Assembly (NCBI GenBank): GCA_002633005.1
Contig: NMRA01000027.1
Span: 471,265-535,264 of the forward strand
Source: Phoronis australis
Lineage: Eukaryota > Animalia > Phoronida
DNA length: 64,000 nt
Direction of reading: 5' to 3'
Below, piece by piece: positions 48,301 through 61,534 of the stretch. The translations under genes were made by a program, and so were the position numbers. The first letter of the stretch is position 1. Each line of letters begins with the position of its first letter. Below the pieces are notes generated by a model that saw nothing but the letters and a program-made list of their open reading frames with translations, ran no database searches and had not been told where the DNA came from.

Positions 48301-51260
48301 CAAGTATGAGGCTGTTTTCTACATCATAAAAAACATATAAAAATAACAACATATACCTTCGCACTGAATCCCGCGACTTTTTCGGATCTAGCTATCATTC
48401 CAGACACGTCGCTTCCTGGTTGTCTCCAAATAAGCTGCTTCGCTTTTCGATTTGCGCCATCGTCAATCTAGACGGGTGAAAACAGAGCACGAGTCGTATT
48501 AATTACATTAATTACCTCGCATGTCCGTCTGTTGGCACCAAAATGTAGGCCTAACGATATTTCGCCAACAAAATGTAGGCTAAATACCGAAAATCTTCAT
48601 TTATTTGACCATCGTTGCTTGCTAAAGAATGAAACGTTTATGCTTACCTTAAATGTCGTCTTCTGAAAGTCTTTGTTGTCTTCAACATTCTTCTTCAGTA
48701 GACATAGTTCCTCTGCATCCAACAAGTTCCTTTAAGATAGAGTGACAACAAAAATTATACTGATATTTCGTTGCATGTGTGCTACAACAATAGTTAAAGC
48801 TTTTGCACAATTTATCGGTTCATGTAAACACTAAACACTTCATTTACAGTCGTACGGCGCACAGTTCTACGTATCCTCAACCATACGCATTTTCAAACAT
48901 CCACGATANCTGCAGACACCGCACTGCTATACTCTTTGTTTTCCACTACAATAAACCTAATCTGGTAGAAATGATTACAGGCGCAGTACTTTCTAACAAA
49001 GATTTACACGCACAGTTAACTCGCGCAAGTCTTTATGAACAGGGTGGATTTGCTGCCTGAGTGGCTGGGGTAAAGCACCCTCCTAGGCTGGTCTTGGTGT
49101 AGCAAGACACAACACTATTCACGGCATGCCGGGACTGTATGAAAAACATATTCTCAAACACTCCCTAACAGAACATTTTGCTCACCACCGAGGAGCGTGC
49201 TTTTTGATGTGTTTACAAAGGTCTATTATGATTATTATTATGATTATTGTTTAGATCATTACTATGTACGTGCTTCCAGTGAACAACTTTTTGATTTGTT
49301 ATGTAACCTTCGGAAAGTATCGAAACGTGACGAAATCTTTGTCTCCATGGTTATGACTTACAGAAACTGTGCAGCTACCTCTGTCAGGGAGGCTATTTTT
49401 GTCTTTTAACAACATATTGCAAGTCAGGTACGGGTACTGATGAAAAAGTCGAAAATGAATCGGGCAAGGAAAATCGTTTACGAGAGCTAATGAGGATGAT
49501 TGTATGTGTTACAATCTTAAAATAAAAATGAAAGTTATTCAGTTTCATGATATTGCTGCAGTTTTCTGTCTACAACAAATAGTACGTTCGTGAATAAAAC
49601 AGCTCACTAAAGTAATTCCAGTCTGCCAAAAATTCCGCATTCCACTAGCGCGCACTTCAATCGTATCACATTCCCATAGTCTTTAGTTCTTTAGCTTTAT
49701 TTCTTTTTACAGTGTTCTGTCCGAAGCCGACGCCAAAACAAGTAGACAGAGGGGTATGCTCCCGAATACCCAATTTTTCAAAATTTTTGTGACAAACTTT
49801 GAATTAAAGCATTTTCAAGTACTTAACAATTATTTTCTGTATGAATTTGCTAAAAATTGTCAATAATAAAAAGTAACTTGTGACTTTTTGTTATTTGATT
49901 TTTATCGGTAAAACTCGTGCAACTTGTCTTGGCGAATTTCAGTATAATATATACGTTCAACGCGTTGCTATCTCGGTGAATGTTTAGTTTCTCCAAAACT
50001 ATTTTCAAAAATGAAAAACAGAAATATTATTTCGACTTTTGAGTGCCATTGTTGATTAATTCCTTGAAACATTGTTACACTATTGGCCGCATTTTAGGCC
50101 CGTCGATTTACTTGCCGAGAGTACGTTATTTCCGGGACAATCGATTTCCGGATTTTGAAATGGAGAGCGAGAATTATTCACTCAAAAGACCTGTACCGTC
50201 ACCAATTTCATTCTTGCCCTCAAAAAAGTGTACTTCCACTCTTCATCGATCATTAAAATGGAATTTGGATTTCGCATTCACACTCTGACAGAAAATGCGG
50301 AGTGGTGTTTCGGTCCCCGGGTGTCCTGTCCGATCCCGGTTCCTGTTTTAAAGGTCGTTGTTCGTGTTTTTTTTCCGGCTGGTTAGCTGTTTTGAAGGTG
50401 CGGGAATCTGTTTTCGACTCCGGGATGTCTGTTTTACACCAGGGTTTCGATTTCGATGGAACACCGGCCTTGTAGGTGGAAAGTTCACACGCGGTCGTTC
50501 CCGCAGCCTTGCGGAGTGTTTGGGTGGGCTCGGTGGAAATGAGATAAAAAGTACCGGCTGTTGGATCTCAGACCAAGCAAACTGTCACAACTATGAGCTT
50601 TGCCGTGAAATTTGTGCTCGCAATGAGCGTTTTGAAAAACTTTTCCGTGATTTTGAGGAAGAAATTTATTATCACACTGTAGCCGAGAGTATCGGGTCTT
50701 AACACGCTTCTAGTCTCCGCGGAAGGCGAAACGTTCAACTTGGCACATTTTTAACATGCCTCTTTTAAGAGGCATGTTTTAAAAAACTTTGTTTGCAATG
50801 ATATGTGATGCGCGTTGACGTGACTGTCTGAGATAAGTTTGGAGTCGGCTCCCAGAAAACCGGATTGCCAACACGACCTTTCAATGCAACAAACACCTGT
50901 CTACTCTCCGTATAGTTCCCTACAAAGTTGAGTATGGGGGTGTCGTACCCGGGTGCCTCTGTGAAGCATATTCCAGACCACAAAAACTACGGGGAGACGG
51001 GAAATGAATTCGGCGACACGATGCCAAGTAAGGCAAATATATACCCAACGAATTATCCAACCAATGCAATACTGCACGCTGAATGATACCATGAAATCAA
51101 AAACAGCCACCAAATACGCAGCCAGGTCACTGCCCTGCAGTACACGTGTTATGGAAGTGGCCATCCAGGGTCTTCCCTCACCTTACGATGATGAATCCGT
51201 GTTCATCGTAACACTTCTGCACTCGGGCTGTCACGTCAAACTCCGGAGTAAAAGTGAATT
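45326..51260 (-). CDS. PhyH-family 2OG-Fe(II) dioxygenase (ectoine hydroxylase / L-proline trans-4-hydroxylase-like), ~290 aa; first coding exon unresolved
   Basis: Phase-consistent exons 51260-51182 ([14 protein letters not shown]), 48729-48648, 48467-48357 ([19 protein letters not shown]), 47213-47122 ([22 protein letters not shown]), 46792-46705 (YWY..ENGCLQ), 46266-46137, 45960-45809 ([20 protein letters not shown]) and 45448-45326. HxD..H triad intact. Candidate phase-1 first exons: 53734-53725 (MKQ) or ~51419-51344. Confidence 0.9.
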
Positions 51261-53429
51261 CTGAAAAAAAAACGAAGAATTGTCGGCTGGAGCTGCGTTC
51301 TAAGTAGAGCAAGACACTCGCAAGAACTTAACTATGTAATTACGTGTAGGGTATAGGCGGATTGCTTTGCAGGCGTGAGGGCTAAACCGTGAACCCAGTC
51401 CTTGGTAGGGTCCGTTCATGGCATCCGTGTGGCCACCCTTTTCGTGTTCTTTATTGATAGATTCTTAAAGGGCCGCTCACGGAGACAGAACCCAGTGATG
51501 GAATCTATTGCCCTGCCTTCGAGAAATCGTACAATCTTCTGTTAAAAGATAGGTCGCTTCTTGAACGGTTGCCACGGTGATGGAATTAAATGTAACTCTT
51601 TCTATGTTAAAGAGGCATGGAACGCAAAAGCTCGCCAAAAATATCTTTTAAACAATTCCTGACGAAAGTGCCACCTCGAAACGTCAAGTACAGTGTAATT
51701 CACTTTTCACTGTGAGGAAATTTCCAGGAAAAAATCACATCATTCACGATTTTTGAAATACGCCGAACAAAAAAACTCTGTGGTTACCACAGAGTTTCTA
51801 ATCTCCCTCCCACTTCTGATAAATGCTCGCATACGCTCACAGTCAGTTGCTTGAAGTCTCTTGAGGTCAAAGGTAACAATTCCCATATAAGGAAAATGTG
51901 CCACGTCTATGTCTTGGCGATCATAAACAGAGATTCAATGATTTTTAGAGTTCAAGATTATCTCATAAACCATTATAGCTAGCCCTGTTAAGAACCAGAA
52001 CACAGTCACGTTAACACGAATAAATTTGGAGAAAGTTTTGGAGTGAGCCACAAACCCTGTACGTGGAATAGGATACTCTGTCTCTCGTGTTTCCCGGTTG
52101 CCCGTAGACAATCTGTAAGCTTGCCTTCCGGATTGACTTATGATACTTTGTTTTGATAAAAATCAAATTAGTTGATTTCTGATTTTCATGTTTATGTAAC
52201 TGTGAAGATAAAACTGATTCGTAGACGATTTTTTGACCATAGAAGCTAATCTTGAAACAATTCATGATGCTTCAGTGAACTTTGTTGCAGGCTGAAGTTG
52301 AGCAAATCTCTATCATCCGAACCACAAATAGCGAAGAACACTAGACAATTTTGCCTATCTAAATAACTCGCAAAGATATTGATGAAATTTAGCAAAAGCA
52401 GCTCTTCAGAGTGTTTCAAAACATGAATTCGCAATTCAAATGACAATAAATGCATCGTTTATTGACGTAGGGTAAAGATTAGTGGTTTAAAGTGGCATGA
52501 AACGTGGAAAACAGACTAAATTGCCTCATTCAAAGTGGTTCTCTGCAACTGCAACAGAATTCAAACTGTTCACCGGGTTGGGCTCAGAATTTGATCCACG
52601 AAAGTTGAATTTAAACTTATGACGTTGCACTGAAGTGTGAGCACATATTTGAGACACTCTTTGTATTTTTTGTCCCCATCCACCAAAAACTGGGCTACTC
52701 GTGATTAACAAGTGATTTTGAAACAGCCCCTAAGGCAGTGTAACAAGGACCCCGGAACCTGTCCCTTTCAAAATGTACCTTCAAAGCATAACCCCAATAA
52801 AAAACTTTTCCCAAGCTGGCCTACAATAAAAGGAATCCTAACCTTAATGCCACTGCAGACGGATCTACAGTGGAGCACTTACATTTTGCAAGGTCAGTTA
52901 CGACCTGCACCCACCCACCCACGGGAAACATGACAGAGATGTACTCGTTTTTCAGGCTAAATCGAAACACTACAGTTGCAAGCTTTCAAAGCACTCCTTG
53001 ACATCGTGCTCAAAAACACTACACAAAACAAATAACTAGTCCTAGAAGTTACTCCTACTGCGCATTAGAGATGACGACTGCAACCTACAATATGTATCAC
53101 CACCCGTCTTAGTCGGTGGTGATGCTTCAAAGTTCAGTGCGTTTGTCTTACCTATTCTTCATCAGAAAAGATGCGACTCATTTACTAGGTAACATAAGCT
53201 TGTATAAGAATACACGCTATTGTTAACTAATGTTCTTTTATGGGCACAAATGACACCAGCGAGAAAAAAGTTCACTTATTCCCCACGTTTGACACAGACC
53301 TGCTGGCAATGCGCTCATCTTCTGTTTTGTTCAATCTGATCCAGTTTCAAGGTCGGTTACCAGTTATCGCTAGCCAGTTACAACTGTTCCTATCAACAGA
53401 TAAAAAAGAAACAGGTCAACAGGATCATC

Positions 53430-53612
53430 TAAAGTTCGTTCACATGCACCTTTTCGCACAGGGGGTGCAAATTTTCACCGGCATGCAAGTTTGCACCCGA
53501 ATGTATTTTCAGTCCATTTAAAAGGATTTATTTAAATGGATAAATTTACACCAGGTGCAAATTTGCACTACCTACAGATGCAAAATTACACACCCCTCCA
53601 TGTAAACGCTTA
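53430..53612. mobile_element. Tourist/Harbinger-like MITE
   Basis: Imperfect TIR cgttcacatg / catgtaaacg, with internal repeated ggtgcaaatt(t)gcac palindromes. Confidence 0.5.
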
Positions 53613-54109
53613 ACAAATTTACATATGCGTGCCAACTGTTTTTCCAGGAGTCCAGCCAATATTTCGTGAAGGCGACGAAGCAAAGATTCTGAAAACTTCA
53701 ATATTCTATATTCAATTTCCATACCTTGTTTCATACAGGAGTTGTGCACATTCCACACGTCAGACAAACATGATGGGTCAGGTGAAAGGATAGTGAGAGA
53801 CAATCATGATGAGATGACTAACTTGAAGTCACATACCTAAAGACCACCGTTATCGTCTCTTTCACAAAACATAAAACAGTCACGTAATTCCATTAACTCG
53901 AAGTCACCTTAGCGACCCCTTAGTGTAGGATACATTAATTTGCATTGACAAGTTTTCGTAAGTTATGGTGATCTCGAACTCACCTTAGCACCACCTTATC
54001 TCTGAAGCGTTAGAAAAACCAGTTGCTGTGTGCGATTGCTTATAAAAAATATGCACATATTGTTGAATTTGTCGTTGTTTATATGGATATGATGAATATT
54101 GTCGTCGAG

Positions 54110-54209
54110 TTGATTATTATTATTTTTATTATTACTATTAATATTGGTATTAGTATTAGTTATCATTAGTATTATTATTGTATTAGTATAACAATAATTA
54201 TTCATAATG

Positions 54210-54302
<93 letters not shown>

Positions 54303-54539
54303 CATGCGCGCACCCAGGCTTCAATACGGGGGACTCGAATTCTTGCCGTTGTGCGTTGTGGACCTTTTGGTAACAAAAAGGCGGGCGTACTAAATAAAAA
54401 AACGGGGCACCACTGTGAATTGCGCGTCTGTGTTTGTTGTCTCATTTTGTCGGACGTTTTGTTTCTAGGAGGCGGACTTTTTTGCCCACTTCGCCAAATG
54501 GGGGTGCTCGAATCGAGCCCCCCTGGGTGCCCGCATGAT

Positions 54540-54607
<68 letters not shown>

Positions 54608-54670
54608 AATTATGACGATGATGATGTTGATGATGATGGTGATGATGATGATAATGATAATAAGTAATAG
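54110..54670. repeat. (TAT/TAA/TGA)n microsatellite tracts interrupted by a MITE
   Basis: Direct reading of the sequence. These tracts produce the spurious poly-Ile ORFs. Confidence 0.95.
54303..54537. mobile_element. MITE inserted in (TAA)n
   Basis: TIR catgcgcgcacccagg / cctgggtgcccgcatg. Related copy at 35459-35725. Confidence 0.75.
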
Positions 54671-55739
54671 TAAACCATATATGCGCGTTTTCAGGCCATG
54701 TGGCCTATATCTGAACTAATGCATTGTCTTAAAATATCTGGAGTCAAATGCGTCACGCCGTTATAAATCCGGATATCCGGATATTAGGCACGTGCCCCTA
54801 ACTGTGAAGCTGCGCCTGATTGTGCAGCTTTGGCACATATGCAGCTGGCGGAGAAACAGGAGGGACCATCACATGAGGGGATAATTTGGGTTCTCTTGAC
54901 GACTTTATGAGTATAATTAGTTTGAATTACATTAACGATAATTTTTTCGGGTCGTGTGCCTCAAACAACACAGCCCTTTATTGTTGAAAGCGTGTATGCA
55001 AATGTCATTGCTCTGTATGATATCATGTGAAAGTGTAACCCCACAATCAGGACAACTATGACACCTGACAAATTTCATACTCATTATCAATACTGTCTGT
55101 GACACCGTTACCCATTAGAATTGAGCAGTTTCATACGTTAACTGCAGCTTTAGTATTAGGATGGGCAATTTTCACCCAAAATTTCTTTTTTAAGTTGTTC
55201 GAAAACCAAATAATATCATTTATCATTTTACAAATATTACCTCTGTTCACATCTACCACGAAAATAAAAAGTAATAGTTAACCTCTTAAGTTTATTAGCA
55301 TTACATATTTTGTTTAAATCCTGCTTAATCTCAAGATTAAGCGGAAGTGAGTGTTTCATGAACTTGGAATTCCACGCAAGTGATCTTGAGATTAAGCAAA
55401 CTGCCAAACCCCGTACGTGAACTTGGAATCGTGTGTGGACTTGGAATTAAGCGGCTGCCTGGCACACAATCACAGAACAAGGCGCTTGGGCTGAAATCGT
55501 TACTGAACCGGTAGGTTACAGAGAGAAAATATTTCTAAAAAATCGAGATAAAGCTCCCGTGGCCCGGTCATCATATTGGTAAGTACCGAGGGACTGGAAT
55601 AAAAAATCATTTAAGGACTGTATTCCCACAGTAATGCCCGGGCATTCAAGGTACACAGCCCTACGGCTACGGCGCCCATTTGAGTCGTATTATTTTCTGT
55701 GTTGCTGCCTATTCCAATATAAAAATAAAGCTGGATGTT

Positions 55740-56900
55740 TGAAATTAGTGCCTGGTTTATGTTTGATCAAGAGGTGAATTAAACATTCATTAACTCGTTG
55801 CAATATATTTGATATGCATTTTCTATTGATTTCGGAAGACTTCTGACCGAGTTTTTTCTACCCCGTAAATTCCCAATTTAAGCAAGATACGCCCTTGCTT
55901 TAAATTGGAATAATTCAATTTCTGCTTTACAAAAAATCACATGATGAACCAAACATCCGGCAACTGGTTGCAATACATTTTAAATGCATTTTCTATTAAT
56001 TTTGGAACACTTCTGAGCACATTCGCAGTTTTTTCTACCCAAGTCCAAGTTTAAGCAAGTGCGTAGCCAGTTTAAACTTGGAATAATTCAATTTCTGTTT
56101 TACAAAAACTCACTTGGTGAATGAAACATTCTCTAACTGGTTGCAATACAATTTAAAAGCATTTTCTATTACTTTTGGAACACTTCTGAACGCATTCGCA
56201 GTTTTTTCTACCTAATCCCCTAAGCAAGCCATACCGGTTGCTTAACCTTGGAATAATTCAATTTCTGCTTCACAAAAATCACATGACGAACCAAACATTC
56301 TTTAACTGTTTGCAATACAATTTAAATGCATTTTCTATTACTTTCGGAACACTTCTGAGAGCATTTTCAGTTTTTTTTACCCAATTCCGAGTTTAAGCAA
56401 GCCACGCCCTTGCTTAAACTTGGAATAATTCAATTTCTTCTACAAAAAATCGCGTGGTGTAGCAAACATTCTCTGAACAGTGACATTATGTCATAAATGC
56501 ATTTTCTATTACGTTTGGAACACAACTGAATGCATTACCAACTGTTTTCTACCCAATTTCAAGTTTAAGCAAGCCACGCCCTTTCTTAAACATGGAAGGT
56601 TTGTATATTAGCTTAACAAAAAGTCACGTGGTGAGCCAAACATTCTATGACTGGTTACAATATGTTGTAAGCACAACTTTTTTCTTATCGTGAGTCTTTA
56701 CTGAACACGTTAACAATCATTTCCTTCCAAATTCCACATTTAAGCAGACCACGCCACTGCTTCAACTTGTAATAATTCTATGTTCGCTTTACAAACCCTA
56801 TGTTGTGAAGTAAGCATTCTGTGAAAGATTACAAGACACTGTGAACATTTTTTTATGTCCCTGTAAATTATCAGCGATTAATTTTTACCCAATACCAAGT
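55740..56900. repeat. ~172-bp tandem satellite-like array (~6 diverged copies)
   Basis: taattcaatttct recurs at ~55911, 56084, 56254 and 56426. Each unit has the inverted repeat ccaagtttaagcaag..cttgcttaaacttgg. Confidence 0.88.
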
Positions 56901-58147
56901 TTAAAAGACGACAACAGTAAAAATAATGCAGCAGTAAACCGATTCTAACATACAAATGAAACTCGCATTTGCCCGAGTTGCGCTCCAAACAAAAGCTGAT
57001 TCACATTTATTGTAAAAACATTGATCCTGACAGCAATCTCTGATTGGCTGATATATAGGGCATCGACTGCTTATCACATAGTGCTGCTTTATATTGCGGC
57101 ATCGCGTTTACATCGCGTTTCATCATTGTATCACCGATTTTTATTCTTTACTGTTTGCCAGTGTTGTAAAAGGTTCTCCATGCCTTTTTGTATAGCACCT
57201 GACATAGGATACCATCCCTTGCCATTGCTTTGGTACAAAGCTGTATGCTAAATTAATTCAGAACAAAATACTGTTCCCTTTAATAAGCAAACTTGGAATA
57301 ATTTGTCTTTTCATTTAAAAAACTAAGTGTTGAAGCACTGTTCTCTCGCAGATTACTATAAACTGTACACACAATTTCTCTTCTTGACTACTCTAACAGA
57401 TTAGCAATCGTCTTCTACATAATTCCAAATTTAACCAGTACTTAAAACAGTATTGCTTTTCACATTTTCAGTTTTTTAAAAATTTTTAATACCTTTGATG
57501 AGACACTTTAATAGAACAAATGAAATCCTGGAGTTGGACCCTTTCTTTTTGGGAAGCTCAGGGGGTCACAGAAAACATGTTCTCCATGTTAGTGCAGGGG
57601 GACCGGAGTCTCTGGACCTGACGGATGTTACAGCAAAAATGGTGGATAGTTTTTAAAGATATTTAAAAATAAGTATGTGGCTTTGCTTCAACGATATCTT
57701 CATGGACAGGTCTAAGTTTTTATTTTTTCCAACATACCACCAAATTACAATACAACTTAAAACATACTGTGTAAAGGTACAAAGACTAGCAGACAGTATT
57801 TTTTAAACTAAACAACACAATGTCGCAATTTGACAGGGCTAATAAAATATTTGTTTCTTTTCCAATAGAATCCAATCTAATTCTAGCTAAATCTCAACAA
57901 AAACAACTTATTGCGTAAGTCCCTTCACAAACAAAAAAATTAACGACTAGACACAATGTCGACATTCAACTCTGACAAAAATTCAACTACATAAACTGAT
58001 GAATTATTCTGGTAAAAAGTTTATCCAAATTTGGCAGTCTTGGAGACTACTGTTGAATTCTGCCTAGTTTATTTCGAAATCTGTTGGTACATGTACCTTT
58101 AAAATGCAACATCGCAACATCCCGACTTGCACAGATAGTGTGCAATA

Positions 58148-58274
<127 letters not shown>

Positions 58275-59110
58275 TAGTAGTAGTAATTTGAGTAATGAAT
58301 GGCTGTCATTTGAAAAACAATCTATTCCTCTACACACTCATCATCTTAAAAAGGGTTTAGGAGATACATCTCTAGATACAAAAAAGCAAAATTGCCCGAA
58401 AAGGGCGCCAGAAGTCAAAAACATCTGAAAATTATCATCAGCCAGGGCCTTCAAATCAGGAACACAAACGTCATTTTTCATAATCGTCCTTTGAATGGTT
58501 TGGCAGACAGAGACGCAGACGGCAAACACATACACGAAAATTTTAAAATGGCCACCAGGTGGCGCAGAAAATTAAATCTGTCCAAAAATGGGAAGGCGAT
58601 TTCGTCTCCTTAATAGAAACCTATTTGCTGTATTTCATGAAAATACACAACTGAAATTCAAAGGTACAGAGGAAAACTTAAAAAAGTTGATTTTGTCACA
58701 CTAGCAGATTCCATTTTTAACTTTTAACTAGAATCTGCCCTAACTTTAATTCAAAGGAAAGAATTTGTTAAAACTTTGAAAATAATAAGCAAGAATTATT
58801 AATCTTTTCACACCCCAAATTTTGTTGGCATCAGGTGATACATAGTTACATCTAAAATGCTCTCTGTCCCCACCAATGTTTGAACCCAGGACTTTCTGCT
58901 AACCCGTTAGTCAACACCTGATGTGATCAACATATGGCGTATGTGAACTTAAGACCAACAATTTTACGACATCATTCACTGTGCAGTAAAAGAAAAGTGT
59001 TCAAGCATCAGGTTAAGGTTATGGGAGATCCTAGACAAATGTCTAAACTTGGTAAAGCTAAAAACATATCTTGCAAATGGCCGATAATAAAAACTTTCAG
59101 ATCTTGTACT

Positions 59111-60268
59111 TTATACAGAATTTGTTGAATACACGACACTTTTCATTTTTCACGGTCTTTATTCCGTTGCGTTCATACTTTCTGAACAAAACTCTACTCT
59201 CTACTGAACATAGATACAGTAACTGACCTAGCGACATAATTAAAAAGACACACGATATTTCGAAACATACTTGTTTCATTCTCAAGTGAAGATAAAATGA
59301 CGCAGTAATGCCACCACAGAGTATAAGCTGACGACACACACAGTGAGACACGGCGGGTGTGAAATACTGCAAAGAATGNNNNATTAGCTATGAAGTCCCT
59401 GCACGTCGGACTGGTGTCACCAAAAAGATATTTTACAAAAATGTCATGTCTAATAATTACCTCCAGGACGAACACGCTATTAAGAAAATCATAAGGGACA
59501 ACGTTAAAGTTTGTAAGCCTGATGATTACCTTGATGTTATTATTTATTATCGGAATAGGAAGTCCTCCAACTTGGTCATGAAAAATAACATTTCTAAAGC
59601 GAAAGTCCGCCCCGTTGCACAGTGTAGTGTTGTTTATGAATTTGTATGCCCTATGAATGAATGTCTTCGTTCAAACGTCAAACAATGTTACATTGGTCAA
59701 ACGGTTTGCAGTCTTTCCCGTCGGTTATCCATGCATCTTCAAAATGGCGCCATTCAAGATCATTTTCTGCAATACCACGCACGTAAAATCACCCGTCAAG
59801 AAATTGTGGAAAACACGTCAATTCGCTACGTGGAGCAAGATGTGCTGCGTTTGAAAGTATTAGAGTCCCTTTTAATCGCTTTTGAGAAGCCTATTTTGAA
59901 TGAGCAGCAAACAGGGTCGCGCCGCACGTTACACTTGTTTGCGTGACTTTCCTGTTACCCTAATTCTTTAGTCATTCTTTGCAGTATTTCACACCCGCCG
60001 TGTCTCACTGTGTGTGTCGTCAGCTTATACTCTGTGGTGGCATTACTGCGTCATTTTATCTTCACTTGAGAATGAAACAAGTATGTTTCGAAATATCGTG
60101 TGTCTTTTTAATTATGTCGCTAGGTCAGTTACTGTATCTATGTTCAGTAGAGAGTAGAGTTCTGTTCAGAAAGTATGAACGCAATGGAATAAAGACCGTG
60201 AAAAATGAAAAGTGTCGTGTATTCAACAAATTCTGTATAACAGAAAACTTGCTCCCGAAGTACAGTCA
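59111..60268 (+). mobile_element. 5'-truncated Penelope-like retroelement (C-terminal GIY-YIG; Nematis-like motifs) with inverted pseudo-LTR and TSD
   Basis: ORF to 59946 with IIYYRNRKSSNLVMKNN, VVYEFVCP..C..YIGQT..LSRRL..H and LE.LLI..KP.LN.Q. 268-bp inverted repeat at 59111-59378 and 59973-60240 (about 2 mismatches seen). Direct repeat atcttgtactttat at 59101-59114 and 60269-60282. A small N gap lies at 59379-59382. Confidence 0.9.
60063..60100 (+). ncRNA. Minimal type I hammerhead ribozyme (U3-A8 variant) in the Penelope pseudo-LTR; mirror copy on the minus strand at 59251-59288
   Basis: cac-TTGAGAA-t-gaaaca-agta-tgtttc-GAAA-ta-TC-gtg: stem I cac/gtg, 6-bp stem II, palindromic ATAT stem III, predicted cleavage after C60097. 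Confidence 0.7.
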
Positions 60269-61534
60269 ATCTTGTACTTTATGCACTGTTCCCCATCAGG
60301 CTTTTGGAGATTGTCTTTTGACTGATCTACTTTGGCATGGGAGGGCTAGCTAAAACAGGGACTTTCAGTAATTTCATGAAAAACTCAAACATTGATTAAA
60401 ACGAAAAGGGTTGCTAAAAAAACAGAATCAGCATTTTTCAGATTTCATCTTGAACATTTATATAAAAAGAAAATTGATCATGATATCGACTCCACTCTTT
60501 TGCTATGCATGTATTCCCTTTTCCGGAATCTTATTAAAAATATGGTCAAAGGACACAATTAATGGCAGATTTATATATAAAGTCAATAGATACAGACTCT
60601 CTACTTACATTAATTAAAGTAGTGTTTTAGAAAGTTAAATTCCAAAATTTGTAGATATTTGTCAGTAAGTTGCCACATAACCTTATGTCCTGACATTAAA
60701 TTTTGGGTTACTCATGTTGTTTCATTACATGAATACTGATACTTCTGTCCTCTGATTGTCTGGAACACAGTTTGATAATTTTGACCCACCTCCCTGTTGA
60801 ATAAGAAATATAGACGGATCTACTGGGCAGATTAGGTTACATAGACCTGAGAGGGACATATGCTGTCTTTGGCCTCGGGCAACATTGCACTTCCTTGGTC
60901 CATATTACACTCGGGATCAATATAATGCTCAGGGCTACACCATTCACTCTCATACTAGTGATAAGACAACAGTCAAGAGTTCATTGGCCAGTAGCATTTC
61001 ATGTGATTCATTGGCAAGCAGCTTCAGATGCTGTGACAGCAATGAAATGGGGTCCTCCAACGTTGGCTAATCTGTTGATCTACAGACAGTGCACAGTAGC
61101 ACGAATGGTTATCACAGATTCTGTGTAAGCGATAAAGATGTTCACTAACATGTGCTGCCAATGAGACCAGCCAGGAACACAGGAAGCTGCGTGGTACCTG
61201 TTTAAAATAAATAGAATAGTTTAAATTATTTTTATGCAAACACGATAATACTACATTCGAAACTCTTCAATCAAAAATACACATTACAGACAATTTTTTT
61301 TTCACGTTGACGTGCATAATACCTGTGACTAATACATATACAAAGAGCTTTGCAGTGGAAAGTGAACAAGGATCGAGATTTATTGTCAGTTGGTGAATAT
61401 AAGATCTATAAGAACATCAAATAAATGGAAAATCTATTATTCTATGTTTCCACATTTTGACAATGATAATTCATTTGTCAGCTGATTCAAACAAGATCAC
61501 CCATCACATTCAAGTATTCAAGTGGCGGATCTAG

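Noticed and set aside
48848-48909. Candidate dioxygenase exon next to the single N
   Set aside because: Stops in all three frames. The real upstream exon at 51260-51182 fits both phase and motif.
53996-54719. Poly-Ile ORFs on both strands
   Set aside because: Artefacts of (TAA)n microsatellites.
59328-59370. Second hammerhead-like CTGACGA..GAAA on the antisense strand of the pseudo-LTR
   Set aside because: No workable stem I and stem III can be built around it.
59383-59946. Selenoprotein-encoding (Naiad-type) Penelope element
   Set aside because: The endonuclease is C-terminal, there is no internal in-frame TGA in the visible ORF, and I see no SECIS.
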